From contig DJHM01000047.1 of the NCBI GenBank assembly GCA_002433075.1, forward strand, positions 16,037 to 80,036: DNA of 64,000 bases. Reading direction: 5' to 3'. Source of the DNA: Latescibacteria bacterium UBA6620 (GTDB taxonomy: Bacteria; Latescibacterota; UBA2968). Each line of letters begins with the position of its first letter. Position 1 is the first letter of the stretch. Below the pieces are notes generated by a model. That model searched no databases, was not told the origin of the DNA, and was given only the letters and a program-made list of their open reading frames with translations. Position numbers and translations under genes: made by a program. This document shows positions 20,110-29,035 of this stretch, one piece after another.

Positions 20110-20916
20110 ATGGTGACGGTAGCTGACAGGGACGTGCGCTCTTTCCGCGAACTGGGATATCACGTGGCGCGCGGGGTGTTCGACGATGGAGAGATCGAGC
20201 GGTTGCGCGACGGCTATGACTACATTCTCGAGTTGGCCGCAAGAGCGGATCTTCCGGAGAACGTTCTTCGTGGCAAGGGAGGCGAGGTCCATATCCACCT
20301 CCAGACGCCAGAGCCGTTGGTCGGACCCGATGCCTTGCCCTACTTGCGGAAAGTTCAGTGGCCCGCGTTGCTGCATCCTGCGTTCGAGGAGATTCGAAAC
20401 AGCCCGAAGTTCCCCTGCCTGCTCGAGCCGTTGATCGGGAAGTCGCTCAAGCAGTTCATCAACCAGATCAATTTCAAGATGCCAGGTGGCGAGATCGCGT
20501 TTCCGTGGCATCAGGATATCCGTCCAACGCCTGCGTTTCGCGATCAGGTGAACAACTACGTGCAGACGATCATCGTCGTCGACGAAGCGACCGTGGGGAA
20601 TGGGTGTCTCCACATCGTGCCGGAGAGTCACAAGCTGGGCAACTTGAAAGTGAAACGATACGCCGCAGGCCAGATCGAAGACCACGTAGATGTGTCCAGC
20701 GCGGTGCCGATGGAGGGGGCACCTGGCGATGTGGTAATGTTCACATCGTATTCCGTACACGGATCGAAACCGAATACGACAGACAGGCCGCGACGGTCCT
20801 ACATCAATGGGTTCGTGCGAGCGGAGACCTGTGATGTCGGGAAGTGGGCGTTTCTGGGTGGGGAGCCTGTACCCATAACGAGCGATCACAGCTATTGCGA
20901 GATCAGGAAAAACTGA
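20110..20916 (+). CDS. Phytanoyl-CoA dioxygenase (PhyH) family protein, canonical type.
   Basis: FPWHQDIRP, VPESHKLG, VHGSKPNTTDRPRRSY. Confidence 0.8.
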   Translation: MVTVADRDVRSFRELGYHVARGVFDDGEIERLRDGYDYILELAARADLPENVLRGKGGEVHIHLQTPEPLVGPDALPYLRKVQWPALLHPAFEEIRNSPKFPCLLEPLIGKSLKQFINQINFKMPGGEIAFPWHQDIRPTPAFRDQVNNYVQTIIVVDEATVGNGCLHIVPESHKLGNLKVKRYAAGQIEDHVDVSSAVPMEGAPGDVVMFTSYSVHGSKPNTTDRPRRSYINGFVRAETCDVGKWAFLGGEPVPITSDHSYCEIRKN

Positions 20917-20997
20917 ACCACCAAGACTCTAAGACACCAAGAAAACCGCAGAAGGCGGGGCAGAAGTCTCATAGCAGCATCGGAGGGAGAGATACGA

Positions 20998-21690
20998 GTG
21001 AAGATCGAGGCGGTTCTGTTCGATGGGTACGGGACGTTGTTCGCGGGGGGGATGGAATGTCTCTACGAGGTCTGTGGGGACATCGCGAACGATCAGGGAC
21101 TCGATCAGGACGGAAGGGCGCTGCTGGAGATCTGGGACGGCTACTTTTTCCCGATGGTTCGTGAGGGGAAGGTTTTCTCGAATTTCCGGGAGATCAACAA
21201 CGTCAGCCTGGGCAAAGTCTTCGAGCAACTGCAGATCGACAGTCCGACCGAGGGGTACATCGATCGGTTCTTCGATGCGCTCGGTCGAGTTTCTCTGTAT
21301 GGGGATGTGAAACCCACATTGGGGCGCCTCGAGGTTCCACACGGTGTCGTTTCGAACGCAGATACCGATCATCTTCAGGCGGCGCTCTCCAGCAATTGCC
21401 TCTCCTTCGAGCTCGTCGTGAGCTCGGAATCTGCAGAATGCTACAAGCCCAACCCGAGCATCTTCGACCCTGCCCTGGATGCCCTGGGTCTGCCCCCCGA
21501 ATGCGTTCTCTACGTCGGAGATTCACAGGAGGATGATATCGTAGGGGCGAAGCGCGTAGGCCTTCCGGTCGCCTGGCTCAATCGTGACGGCGCGGAGAAG
21601 AAGGATGGGGTTCCTGATCCCGACTTCGTCATCGAGTCACTCGCTGAACTCAAAGCGATTATAGGCGGAACCACAGATAGACACAGATGA
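20998..21690 (+). CDS. HAD-superfamily hydrolase (L-2-haloacid dehalogenase-like subfamily).
   Basis: Motif I VLFDGYGTLF, ECYKPNP, YVGDSQEDDIVGAKRVG. The last ~8 codons overlap the left inverted repeat of the downstream cassette. Confidence 0.75.
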   Translation: MKIEAVLFDGYGTLFAGGMECLYEVCGDIANDQGLDQDGRALLEIWDGYFFPMVREGKVFSNFREINNVSLGKVFEQLQIDSPTEGYIDRFFDALGRVSLYGDVKPTLGRLEVPHGVVSNADTDHLQAALSSNCLSFELVVSSESAECYKPNPSIFDPALDALGLPPECVLYVGDSQEDDIVGAKRVGLPVAWLNRDGAEKKDGVPDPDFVIESLAELKAIIGGTTDRHR

Positions 21691-21698
21691 ACACGGAT
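21667..21698. repeat. Left terminal inverted repeat with an internal 10-bp duplication (decamer units RRACACRGAT).
   Basis: ggaaccacagat agacacagat gaacacggat. Confidence 0.7.
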
Positions 21699-21700
21699 TC

Positions 21701-22084
21701 GTGAAGCTTTGTGGGTGGAAAGTACCGGCTTGCCGGGAAAGGGACAGCCTTGGTGGGTGTGCGATCAAGGTGAGTAATGGGCTGGGAATCGGGTCCCTCG
21801 AGAAAGTCTATGAGAACGCTCTTGTTCACGAACTCAGGAAGTCAGGACTTACCGTTGAGCAGCAGAAGTCTATGGCAGTAGCATATGATAACGTTGTTGT
21901 GGGAGATTATCTGGCCGACATTGTTGTAAACTCCGCAGTCGTGATAGAACTCAAAGTCGCACCCGAGATCTCAAACATTCACGAGGCCCAGTTGATGAAT
22001 TACCTGCGAGCTTCGGGCCTCAAGGTGGGGCTTATACTCAACTTTGGCCAGCCAAGGCTGGGGATCCGGCGTCGCGTGATGTAG
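21701..22084 (+). CDS. GxxExxY-family protein.
   Basis: GIGSLEKVYENALVHELRKSGL...VVIELKV...HEAQLMNYLRASGLKVGLILNFG. Non-ATG start (GTG at 21701 or 21770). Confidence 0.75.
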   Translation: MKLCGWKVPACRERDSLGGCAIKVSNGLGIGSLEKVYENALVHELRKSGLTVEQQKSMAVAYDNVVVGDYLADIVVNSAVVIELKVAPEISNIHEAQLMNYLRASGLKVGLILNFGQPRLGIRRRVM

Positions 22085-22158
22085 GCGCTCCACCAATCCT
22101 GAGACGATGAATCTGGAGGTTGGGGTCACCCCTACTCCGTTTGCAGGACTCCGTGTCT

Positions 22159-22180
22159 ATCCGTGTTCATCTGTGGTTCC
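22159..22180. repeat. Right terminal inverted repeat.
   Basis: atccgtgttcatctgtggttcc is the reverse complement of ggaaccacagatgaacacggat. Confidence 0.7.
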
Positions 22181-22201
22181 AGGTTTTTCGTGAGGTGAAT
22201 T

Positions 22202-23035
22202 GTGCCAACTGAAATGGAAGAGTATCTGTTCGACCTTCGGGGCTACCTGTTGCTCGAGGGAGCCGTCGATAAAGATCACCTGGCCGAGTTGAACGCCATC
22301 GTCGATACCTACACGGATATGGAACTGGGTGAGTGGCGAGGTTGGGTAAGGCGGTCTCCGACGGTGAAGACGGCTAAGCATCTCCATCAGGTGTTCGAAA
22401 TGGGGGAGGCGTTCGAACGACTCATCGACAATCCGGCCTGGATCGATCATATGAACCGATTCGTCGGAGGCGACGACGGTCTGTTCATCGACGAGTCGTT
22501 CGTAGATGCGCGAGAGAAGGGGGCGGCCACCCGGCTTCACTCGGGTGCTCACAAACGGCGAATTCGAACTCAATACCGCTACCACAACGATCAATTTCGC
22601 TGTGGTCAGATTAACATTCTGCTGGCGTTGACGGATGTGGGGCCGGGGGACGGGGGGACGATGATTCTTCCGAACAGTCACAAGTCCAACCTGATCCATC
22701 CGGCGTTCGAGGGTGAAGAGGGCAACAAGTCTCTGGAAGATGTAGAGGGCGCTGTCGAAGTCCACTACAAGGCGGGGGACGCTCTCTTCTTCGTCGACTG
22801 TTGCGCGCACGGATCCGCCGAGCGAGTGACGGACGGTGAGCGACGGATCGTGATCATTCGCTACGGCCCGCACTGGGGATGGGATCGGTACGGGTATCAG
22901 CCCTCGCCCGAACTGATCGCAAGACTGACACCCGAGCGACGGAAGATCGTTCAACCGCTGCCGCCCAAGATGCCACCGGAACAGCCTTCGATCTATGGCG
23001 TAGCTGAGACCTTCGACTACGATCGACAGAACTGA
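22202..23035 (+). CDS. PhyH-like dioxygenase, paralogue 2.
   Basis: MPTEMEEYLFDLRGY...LHSGAHKRRIRTQYRYHNDQFRCGQINILLAL...PNSHKSN...AHGS. Confidence 0.7.
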   Translation: MPTEMEEYLFDLRGYLLLEGAVDKDHLAELNAIVDTYTDMELGEWRGWVRRSPTVKTAKHLHQVFEMGEAFERLIDNPAWIDHMNRFVGGDDGLFIDESFVDAREKGAATRLHSGAHKRRIRTQYRYHNDQFRCGQINILLALTDVGPGDGGTMILPNSHKSNLIHPAFEGEEGNKSLEDVEGAVEVHYKAGDALFFVDCCAHGSAERVTDGERRIVIIRYGPHWGWDRYGYQPSPELIARLTPERRKIVQPLPPKMPPEQPSIYGVAETFDYDRQN

Positions 23036-23044
23036 GCGCTGACG

Positions 23045-23866
23045 ATGCCGACGGAAATGGAAGAGTATCTGTTCGACCTGCGCGGCTACATCATCCTGGA
23101 AAGGGCTGTGTGCGAGGATGACGTTCGCGAGATGAATAAGGCCGTGGATGCCATTCTTCCGATGGGCCCAGGTGAATGGCGGGGCCCTCTACACACACTG
23201 GGTGCTGAGGGGGACGGTTCCTCAGACAATCTGGTCATCGAAAACATTTTCGAGGCGGGCGAGGTCTTCGAGAGAATGATCGACCATCCGTCGTGGATCG
23301 ACCATACGAGAAGATTCGTGGGGAGCACGGATCAGATGTTCATCGACGAGGCGTTCGTGAACGTTCGGCAATTGAAAGCGGGGCTTTCTCTTCATTCCGG
23401 CGCGCACAAGAGGCGCATTCGGACCCAGTATCGCTATCACGATGGGGAGTTCAGATGTGGTCAGATCAACATTCTGCTCGCGCTGACGGACATCGGATCG
23501 GGAGACGGGCCGACGATGCTGATTCCGGGTTCGCACAAGTCCAACGTGATTCACCCGGCGTTCGCCGATCGGCCGGAATCTTTGGAGTCGGTGGAAGGGG
23601 CAATCGAGATCTACCTGAGAGCCGGAGACGCCGCACTGTTTGTCGACTGTACCGCACACGGGGCGGGGATTCGAACGAACGAAGGGGAACGGCGAATTTT
23701 GCTCTATCGGTATGGACCTGGCTGGGCGAACAATCGATACGGGTACGGACCTTCGGAGGCCCTGATTGAACGCCTCACGCCCGAGCGGCGGAAAATCATC
23801 CAACCCAAGCCGCCGTTGCTGCCACCCGGCGTGAAGATAGACGGGGTGGCATCGCTAGAATCGTAA
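23045..23866 (+). CDS. PhyH-like dioxygenase, paralogue 3, in tandem with paralogue 2.
   Basis: MPTEMEEYLFDLRGYIILERAV...LHSGAHKRRIRTQYRYHDGEFRCGQINILLAL...PGSHKSN...AHGA. The N-terminal 15 aa are identical to paralogue 2. Confidence 0.7.
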   Translation: MPTEMEEYLFDLRGYIILERAVCEDDVREMNKAVDAILPMGPGEWRGPLHTLGAEGDGSSDNLVIENIFEAGEVFERMIDHPSWIDHTRRFVGSTDQMFIDEAFVNVRQLKAGLSLHSGAHKRRIRTQYRYHDGEFRCGQINILLALTDIGSGDGPTMLIPGSHKSNVIHPAFADRPESLESVEGAIEIYLRAGDAALFVDCTAHGAGIRTNEGERRILLYRYGPGWANNRYGYGPSEALIERLTPERRKIIQPKPPLLPPGVKIDGVASLES

Positions 23867-23868
23867 CG

Positions 23869-24870
23869 CTAGACGACGTAGCCTCTCTCTTTATCCACGA
23901 CGTTGACCAGGTCTTCACCCGCCAGATATCGCTTCATATTCTCGACGAGCAATTCCATACGACGAGCTTCCTGATAGGGGAAAGCCGAACGTCCGGCCAC
24001 GTGAGGTGTAAGGATGACGTTGTCCATCTGCCAAAGCGGATGGTCGTCGGGCAACGGTTCCTGTTCGAAGACATCGAGCCCCGCACCCCCGAGTTTCCCG
24101 GCCTGAAGGGTAGAGGTGAGCGCGCCGAGGGAGATGACTTTGCCACGTCCCACGTTTAGGATGATTGCGGTGTCTTTCATGGCATCGATGGCGGCCGCGT
24201 CGATGAGGTGCTCCGTCTCTGACGTGTGAGGGACGCAGATGGCGATGAAATCGGACTCGGCCAGCATCGCGTGGAGTTCTTCGGGAGGGTAAATTTTCTC
24301 GATATAGTCTGGTTTGCCTTTCGGTGCGGGATCGACTCCTACCACGCGCATTCCGGACGTGTGGCCCCGTTCAGCGACGGCGAGACCGATGCCCCCCAGG
24401 CCGACGACGCCGAGGGTGCTGTGGCCAAGGTGGATAAAGGGCGTTGCCGTCTTTTCCCATCTGCGAAGCCGTGCGAAGACGTGAAGGCCCCGTGCAAAAC
24501 ACAGGATCATTCCATATAGATGGTCCGAAATGACGTCGCTGTAGATCCCGCGCGTGTTGGTGATGTTAAGGTCGCTTGCCCGCAGCTCGGGAAACCAGAA
24601 GCCGTCCATGCCCGCCACGCTGGATTGAAACCACCTCAAGGCCCTGGCTTCAGCTAACGCCTCAGGAGTAATGATGCGGCTGTAGTATACGTCGGCGTTC
24701 GGGATCGTGGAGACGACCTCCTCTTCATCTTCTGCGAGGCGAACGTCGACTCCGAGTTCGCGGAGCTGGTTCACCGTATCGTGACGCAACCCGGGTACGC
24801 GCGGGTCCTGCTCCGTCATCTGACCGGTCATTTCCGTGCTCGGCCATAGAATCACGATTTTCGCTGACAT
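23869..24870 (-). CDS. D-isomer-specific 2-hydroxyacid dehydrogenase (NAD-binding).
   Basis: GVVGLGGIG Rossmann motif, LDVFEQEP, HVAG; start MSAKIVILWPS. Confidence 0.8.
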   Translation of the reverse strand: MSAKIVILWPSTEMTGQMTEQDPRVPGLRHDTVNQLRELGVDVRLAEDEEEVVSTIPNADVYYSRIITPEALAEARALRWFQSSVAGMDGFWFPELRASDLNITNTRGIYSDVISDHLYGMILCFARGLHVFARLRRWEKTATPFIHLGHSTLGVVGLGGIGLAVAERGHTSGMRVVGVDPAPKGKPDYIEKIYPPEELHAMLAESDFIAICVPHTSETEHLIDAAAIDAMKDTAIILNVGRGKVISLGALTSTLQAGKLGGAGLDVFEQEPLPDDHPLWQMDNVILTPHVAGRSAFPYQEARRMELLVENMKRYLAGEDLVNVVDKERGYVV

Positions 24871-24950
24871 CACTGGGTCTCCAAGTCTGGTAAACACAGA
24901 GCAGCCTGCGAGTCGAACTCGCAGGCTGCTCTGTGTAACGGGATACCGAG

Positions 24951-25583
24951 CTACTTCGTCGGATCGGCCGTATAGCGCAGGTAGGGTTTCACGGCATTGT
25001 AGCCGGGGAACATCTTATCGGCCTCTTCGTCGGACACGGCGGGGACGATGATGCAGTCATCACCGGGTTTCCAGTTCGCCGGAGTGGCAAGCTTGCGTTC
25101 GGCCGTCAACTGCAGCGAGTCGATGATCCTGAGGATCTCGTCGAAGTTTCTACCCGTCGAAGCAGGATAGGTGAGCGTCAGCTTGACCTTCTTGTCGGGT
25201 CCGATCACGAAGACCGATCGAACGGTGGCCTTGTCGTCGACGTTGGGATGAATCATGTCGAAAGCTTCGGCAACCTGTCTGTCTGGGTCGGCGATGAGCG
25301 GGTAACTCATCGTCGTGTTCTGGGTCTCGTTGATGTCCTTGATCCACCCCTCGTGAGAGTCGAGTGGATCGACGCTGACGCCGATGACCTTGACGTTCCT
25401 TTTCTCGAAATCGGCTTTCAGCTTGGCGACAGTCCCGAGCTCAGTCGTACAGACGGGTGTATAATCCGCAGGATGTGAGAAAAGAATGCACCAGCCATCG
25501 CCAACGTAGTCATGCAGGTTGACCGTCCCTTCGGTCGATTCGACGGTCAAGTTCGGGATTTCATCTCCCAGTCTGAGTGGCAT
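24951..25583 (-). CDS. 1-Cys peroxiredoxin (Prx6-type).
   Basis: FSHPADYTPVCTTELG peroxidatic Cys motif, SVD...SHEGW. Confidence 0.85.
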   Translation of the reverse strand: MPLRLGDEIPNLTVESTEGTVNLHDYVGDGWCILFSHPADYTPVCTTELGTVAKLKADFEKRNVKVIGVSVDPLDSHEGWIKDINETQNTTMSYPLIADPDRQVAEAFDMIHPNVDDKATVRSVFVIGPDKKVKLTLTYPASTGRNFDEILRIIDSLQLTAERKLATPANWKPGDDCIIVPAVSDEEADKMFPGYNAVKPYLRYTADPTK

Positions 25584-25835
25584 TTCGGGTCCCCCTGAGT
25601 GTGTCCCGGGCATCTTCGGTAGCGGAAAAATTCAGAGCGCCAAGTTTGCATTGCGCAGCGTTTCCGTCAAGCGAAATCTAAGGATGAGGTGGGGGTTATT
25701 GACGGTCCCTGAATTCCCACTTATGATTGAAAATCATAGTGTTACGCTGTCCTTTTGACCTGCGATCGACGGTGCGCCGGGTCCAGGTACTCCGTTGTTC
25801 GGTCATTGTCTCACGTCTCACGGAAAATTTGAATC

Positions 25836-28800
25836 TTGCCTGAAAACGAACCCAATCGTCTCGCCCTCGCGCTGAACGTCGAGCCCGGTGAGGGGGGGCG
25901 TCTCGCGTTGTTGTGGACGCAGTCCTTCGTGATGGGCATCGCGCTGGTGTCGTTCTATGCAGCAAGCAGCGCCCTTTTCCTGAGCGCCTACGGGTCGGAT
26001 CGGCTTCCGCATATGTACATCACGGCCGCCGTCGTATCGACGCTCTTCGGCCTTGCCTACGCCCGTTTCCTCAAGAGACACAGTCCGGCCGCCATCCTGG
26101 TCGGAACTTCGGTCGCGATGCTGATTATGATCGTCGGCTTGCGGGTCAGCCTTGATACGGCGGACGGCATCTGGCCGCGGCTTCTGCTGCGTGCCTGCTA
26201 TCCCCTCCTGCAAGCGATGCTAGCCGTTCTGCTGTGGGATCTCGCGGGGCGCCTTTTCGACGTGAGGCAGGGGAAGCGCCTGTTTGGTCTGATTGGGGCG
26301 GGCGAACAGCTTGCGACGGTGCTGGGTGGGGTGTCGACTCCGATTCTGGTCGCCCTCCTGGGTACGCCCAATCTTCTCTTCCTGTCCGTACTGGCCCTGG
26401 GCATCAATCTCGTGATGACCGTCGCGATCGTTCGTCGCTACGGAAAACGGTTCGGGATCGAGACTGCCACGCCACAGGATGACTCCGGACAGGAGCGAAT
26501 GCGCGACCTGCTCCACTCTCGGTACGTCACGTCGATTTTTCTTCTTTCTCTGCTAATGATGACGGTTTACCACCTCGTCGATTTCATGTTCTACGACCAG
26601 GCGCGGTCGCGTTATTCCGATCAGAACGCACTGACCAATTTCTTCGGGCTCTACCAGGGCATCTCCCAGGCGGCAACCTTTCTCGTCATCACCGTCGTCA
26701 CCGGACGCTTCATCAGTCGTTTTGGGATCAAGATCGGGATGCGGGTCCGTCCGTTTACAATGCTGGTCTGCGGAATCGCCCTGACTGCTGTGTGGGCGCA
26801 GGATAGCGGTTTGACGGTCTACTTCATCGTGGCCACAGTGACCAAATTCCTGGATCACGTGATTCTGAGGTCCTTCAGTGGTCCTTCCTCCCTCGTTCTA
26901 TATCAGCCGCTTCCTGCGCGCCGCAAATTGGCAGTCCAGTTATTCAACAACACCACGGTCGGACCGATCGCTGGCGGCCTCGTGGGTTGTCTTCTACTGC
27001 TTCTCGCCCATCTTCAGGCGTTGGAGTTGGGCGTTTTGAGTAGCCTGATGGTGGTGGTCATCGGGGCCTGGATCGTCGCAGGGAAGAAGGTGTACAGTGA
27101 GTATCAGGGATCGTTGTCCGAAGCGCTCATCCGTCGCGTGCTCGATGGCGTGTCTTCGATCTACGACGATTCGATGATCGAGATTCTCAAGAGGCGTCTG
27201 GAAAGCCCCCATCCGGGAGAGGTGATCTACGCGTTGGACCTCCTGGATAAGGTCGAAAACGAGAGTTCTGCCGACCACTACGCGGAACTGTTGATGCATC
27301 CTCATTCGGAAGTGCGTAAGGAGGTCCTCCACAGAATCGGCCGTGAGCAACTGGGTCACCTGATGGACGATGTGCGCGACGTGGTGTTCGATGATGTCGA
27401 TGACGAAGTTATTGCGGCCGCCCTCCGAGCCCTGTGCGCGCTGGGCGAATCGGACGTGCTCGACGAGGTGCTACCCTACATCGAGCACCCGGACCCCATC
27501 GTCCGTCGTGGGGTAATCTCGGGAATGTTGCGATATGGGGGGATCGACGGTGTGCTTCTGGCGGGTCAGCACCTGGTCGAACTGGAAAATTCCGAAGATC
27601 CCGCCGACCGTGTCTTCACTGCGCAGGTTCTGGGCGATGTCGGCATCACGTCATTCTATCGACCCCTCATCCGGCTGATGCGGGATGGGGATGTCGACGT
27701 CCGAATGGCAGCTGTTGCGGCCGCAGGGGATGTCCGGAACCCGAGACTGTGGCCGCTCGTCATCCAGCATCTGGAGACGACGCGCTTTCATCCTTACGCG
27801 GCCACCGCCCTTGTCCGGGCCGGTGACCGTGCGATCGTGCCGATTCGGGATGTCCTGGCTTCGGATGACTTTGGACGGGAAGTGAAGACCCGGTCCGCTT
27901 CGGTATGCGGTCGGATTGGGGGCGAGGCGGCACAGGCCCTTCTGGTCGAGCACCTTTCGTATTCCGATCGAACGGTGAGGACGTCGGTTCTCACGGCGCT
28001 CCATCACTGTGGTTATCGTGCTGGTGGGCCCGGCGTGGTCGACGTCCGGCGCTTGCTTCGGCAAGAGGTAGCCGACCTGGCCTGGCGACTCGCCGTGCAC
28101 GCCGATATAGAGCAGATCGAATCCTGCCAGCTCCTAGTTCGTGCGATTGAGTACGAGGTCGATGAAACGCGTCGCAGGATCTTCCAGTTCCTGTCATTTC
28201 TGTATGACTCTCGGACGATTCTAAGGGCTGAGGAGAATCTCCGTCGCTCTTCCCAGCAGCGAGCGTACGCCCTGGAAGTTCTGGAGACGACGGTGTCGAG
28301 AGACTTGCGACGGTTGTTGTTCCCGATTCTGGAGTGGGAACGTTTACAGGATCAGAGAGTGGCTCTCGGCGACGCGTTCCCACAGGAAACGGTTTCGCCC
28401 GAGGACCGGCTTTCGGAGATTCTGAGCGAGGAAGAGCGCTGGATCAGTCCGTGGATGAAGGCGTGCACGCTGTTTGCGCTGAAGGACGTGAGCGGAGCCG
28501 CGTCATGGGCCGTCGCTCAGACCTTCTTCAACCACCCCGATCGGTTGGTCAAAGAGACCGCGCTCTGGGGGGCGGGTGAAACGGACCATCTCGAGGAGAC
28601 GAGTGGGGGAAGACCTATGTTGCTGACGATCGAGCGAGTGCTGGCTTTGAAATCCGTGGATCTGTTCTCCGGGGTTCCAGAGGAGGTTCTGGCGGCCCTG
28701 GCCGCGGTGATGGAAGAGCACGAGTTCGAGGCCAATCAACCGGTCTACGAAAAGGGGGAGACCGGACGGTCCATGTACATCATCGTGGAGGGTCGGGTGA

Positions 28801-29027
28801 AGGTCCACGATGGCGATCGGACGTTTGTGGAACTGGAGGAGCGGGATTTCTTCGGTGAACTGACGACGCTCGATCCCGCCCCGCATTCGGCAACGGTGAC
28901 GGCGACAGAGGATGTTCGGTTGCTCGGCCTCGATCGAGAGCCGCTCTATGAGTTGATGGCGGATCACCCGGAAGTGCTTCGGAAGATCATTCACGAGTTG
29001 TGCGAACGACTGCGGGGGAAGCGATAG
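25836..29027 (+). CDS. Three-domain protein (1063 aa). Domains are an N-terminal 12-TM transporter-like module (MFS/ATP:ADP-translocase-like), central HEAT/PBS-lyase-type repeats and a C-terminal cyclic-nucleotide-binding (CAP-effector) domain.
   Basis: About 12 hydrophobic segments in residues 30-420. Repeats HPHSEVRKEVLHRIG / HPDPIVRRGVISGMLRYGG / DGDVDVRMAAVAAAGDV. C-terminus LKSVDLFSGVPEEVLAALAAVMEEHEFEANQPVYEKGETGRSMYIIVEGRVKV...FFGELTTL. TAG stop. Confidence 0.8.
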   Translation: MPENEPNRLALALNVEPGEGGRLALLWTQSFVMGIALVSFYAASSALFLSAYGSDRLPHMYITAAVVSTLFGLAYARFLKRHSPAAILVGTSVAMLIMIVGLRVSLDTADGIWPRLLLRACYPLLQAMLAVLLWDLAGRLFDVRQGKRLFGLIGAGEQLATVLGGVSTPILVALLGTPNLLFLSVLALGINLVMTVAIVRRYGKRFGIETATPQDDSGQERMRDLLHSRYVTSIFLLSLLMMTVYHLVDFMFYDQARSRYSDQNALTNFFGLYQGISQAATFLVITVVTGRFISRFGIKIGMRVRPFTMLVCGIALTAVWAQDSGLTVYFIVATVTKFLDHVILRSFSGPSSLVLYQPLPARRKLAVQLFNNTTVGPIAGGLVGCLLLLLAHLQALELGVLSSLMVVVIGAWIVAGKKVYSEYQGSLSEALIRRVLDGVSSIYDDSMIEILKRRLESPHPGEVIYALDLLDKVENESSADHYAELLMHPHSEVRKEVLHRIGREQLGHLMDDVRDVVFDDVDDEVIAAALRALCALGESDVLDEVLPYIEHPDPIVRRGVISGMLRYGGIDGVLLAGQHLVELENSEDPADRVFTAQVLGDVGITSFYRPLIRLMRDGDVDVRMAAVAAAGDVRNPRLWPLVIQHLETTRFHPYAATALVRAGDRAIVPIRDVLASDDFGREVKTRSASVCGRIGGEAAQALLVEHLSYSDRTVRTSVLTALHHCGYRAGGPGVVDVRRLLRQEVADLAWRLAVHADIEQIESCQLLVRAIEYEVDETRRRIFQFLSFLYDSRTILRAEENLRRSSQQRAYALEVLETTVSRDLRRLLFPILEWERLQDQRVALGDAFPQETVSPEDRLSEILSEEERWISPWMKACTLFALKDVSGAASWAVAQTFFNHPDRLVKETALWGAGETDHLEETSGGRPMLLTIERVLALKSVDLFSGVPEEVLAALAAVMEEHEFEANQPVYEKGETGRSMYIIVEGRVKVHDGDRTFVELEERDFFGELTTLDPAPHSATVTATEDVRLLGLDREPLYELMADHPEVLRKIIHELCERLRGKR

Positions 29028-29035
29028 GTGGGAAG

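Larger units (their letters stand above)
21667..22180. mobile_element. MITE-like mini-cassette carrying a GxxExxY gene, bounded by 22-bp terminal inverted repeats.
   Basis: Left end ggaaccacagat[agacacagat]gaacacggat (21667-21698). Right end atccgtgttcatctgtggttcc (22159-22180), which is a perfect 22/22 reverse complement once the internal decamer is removed. A further decamer copy ccgtgtctat sits at 22151-22160. The element lies exactly in the short HAD/PhyH intergenic space. Confidence 0.5.

Noticed and set aside
19948-20889. 313-aa ORF on the minus strand
   Set aside because: Antisense to the canonical PhyH gene (20110..20916), which has clear motifs.
22157-22954. 265-aa minus-strand ORF (also 23222..23803)
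   Set aside because: Antisense to the tandem PhyH-like paralogues.
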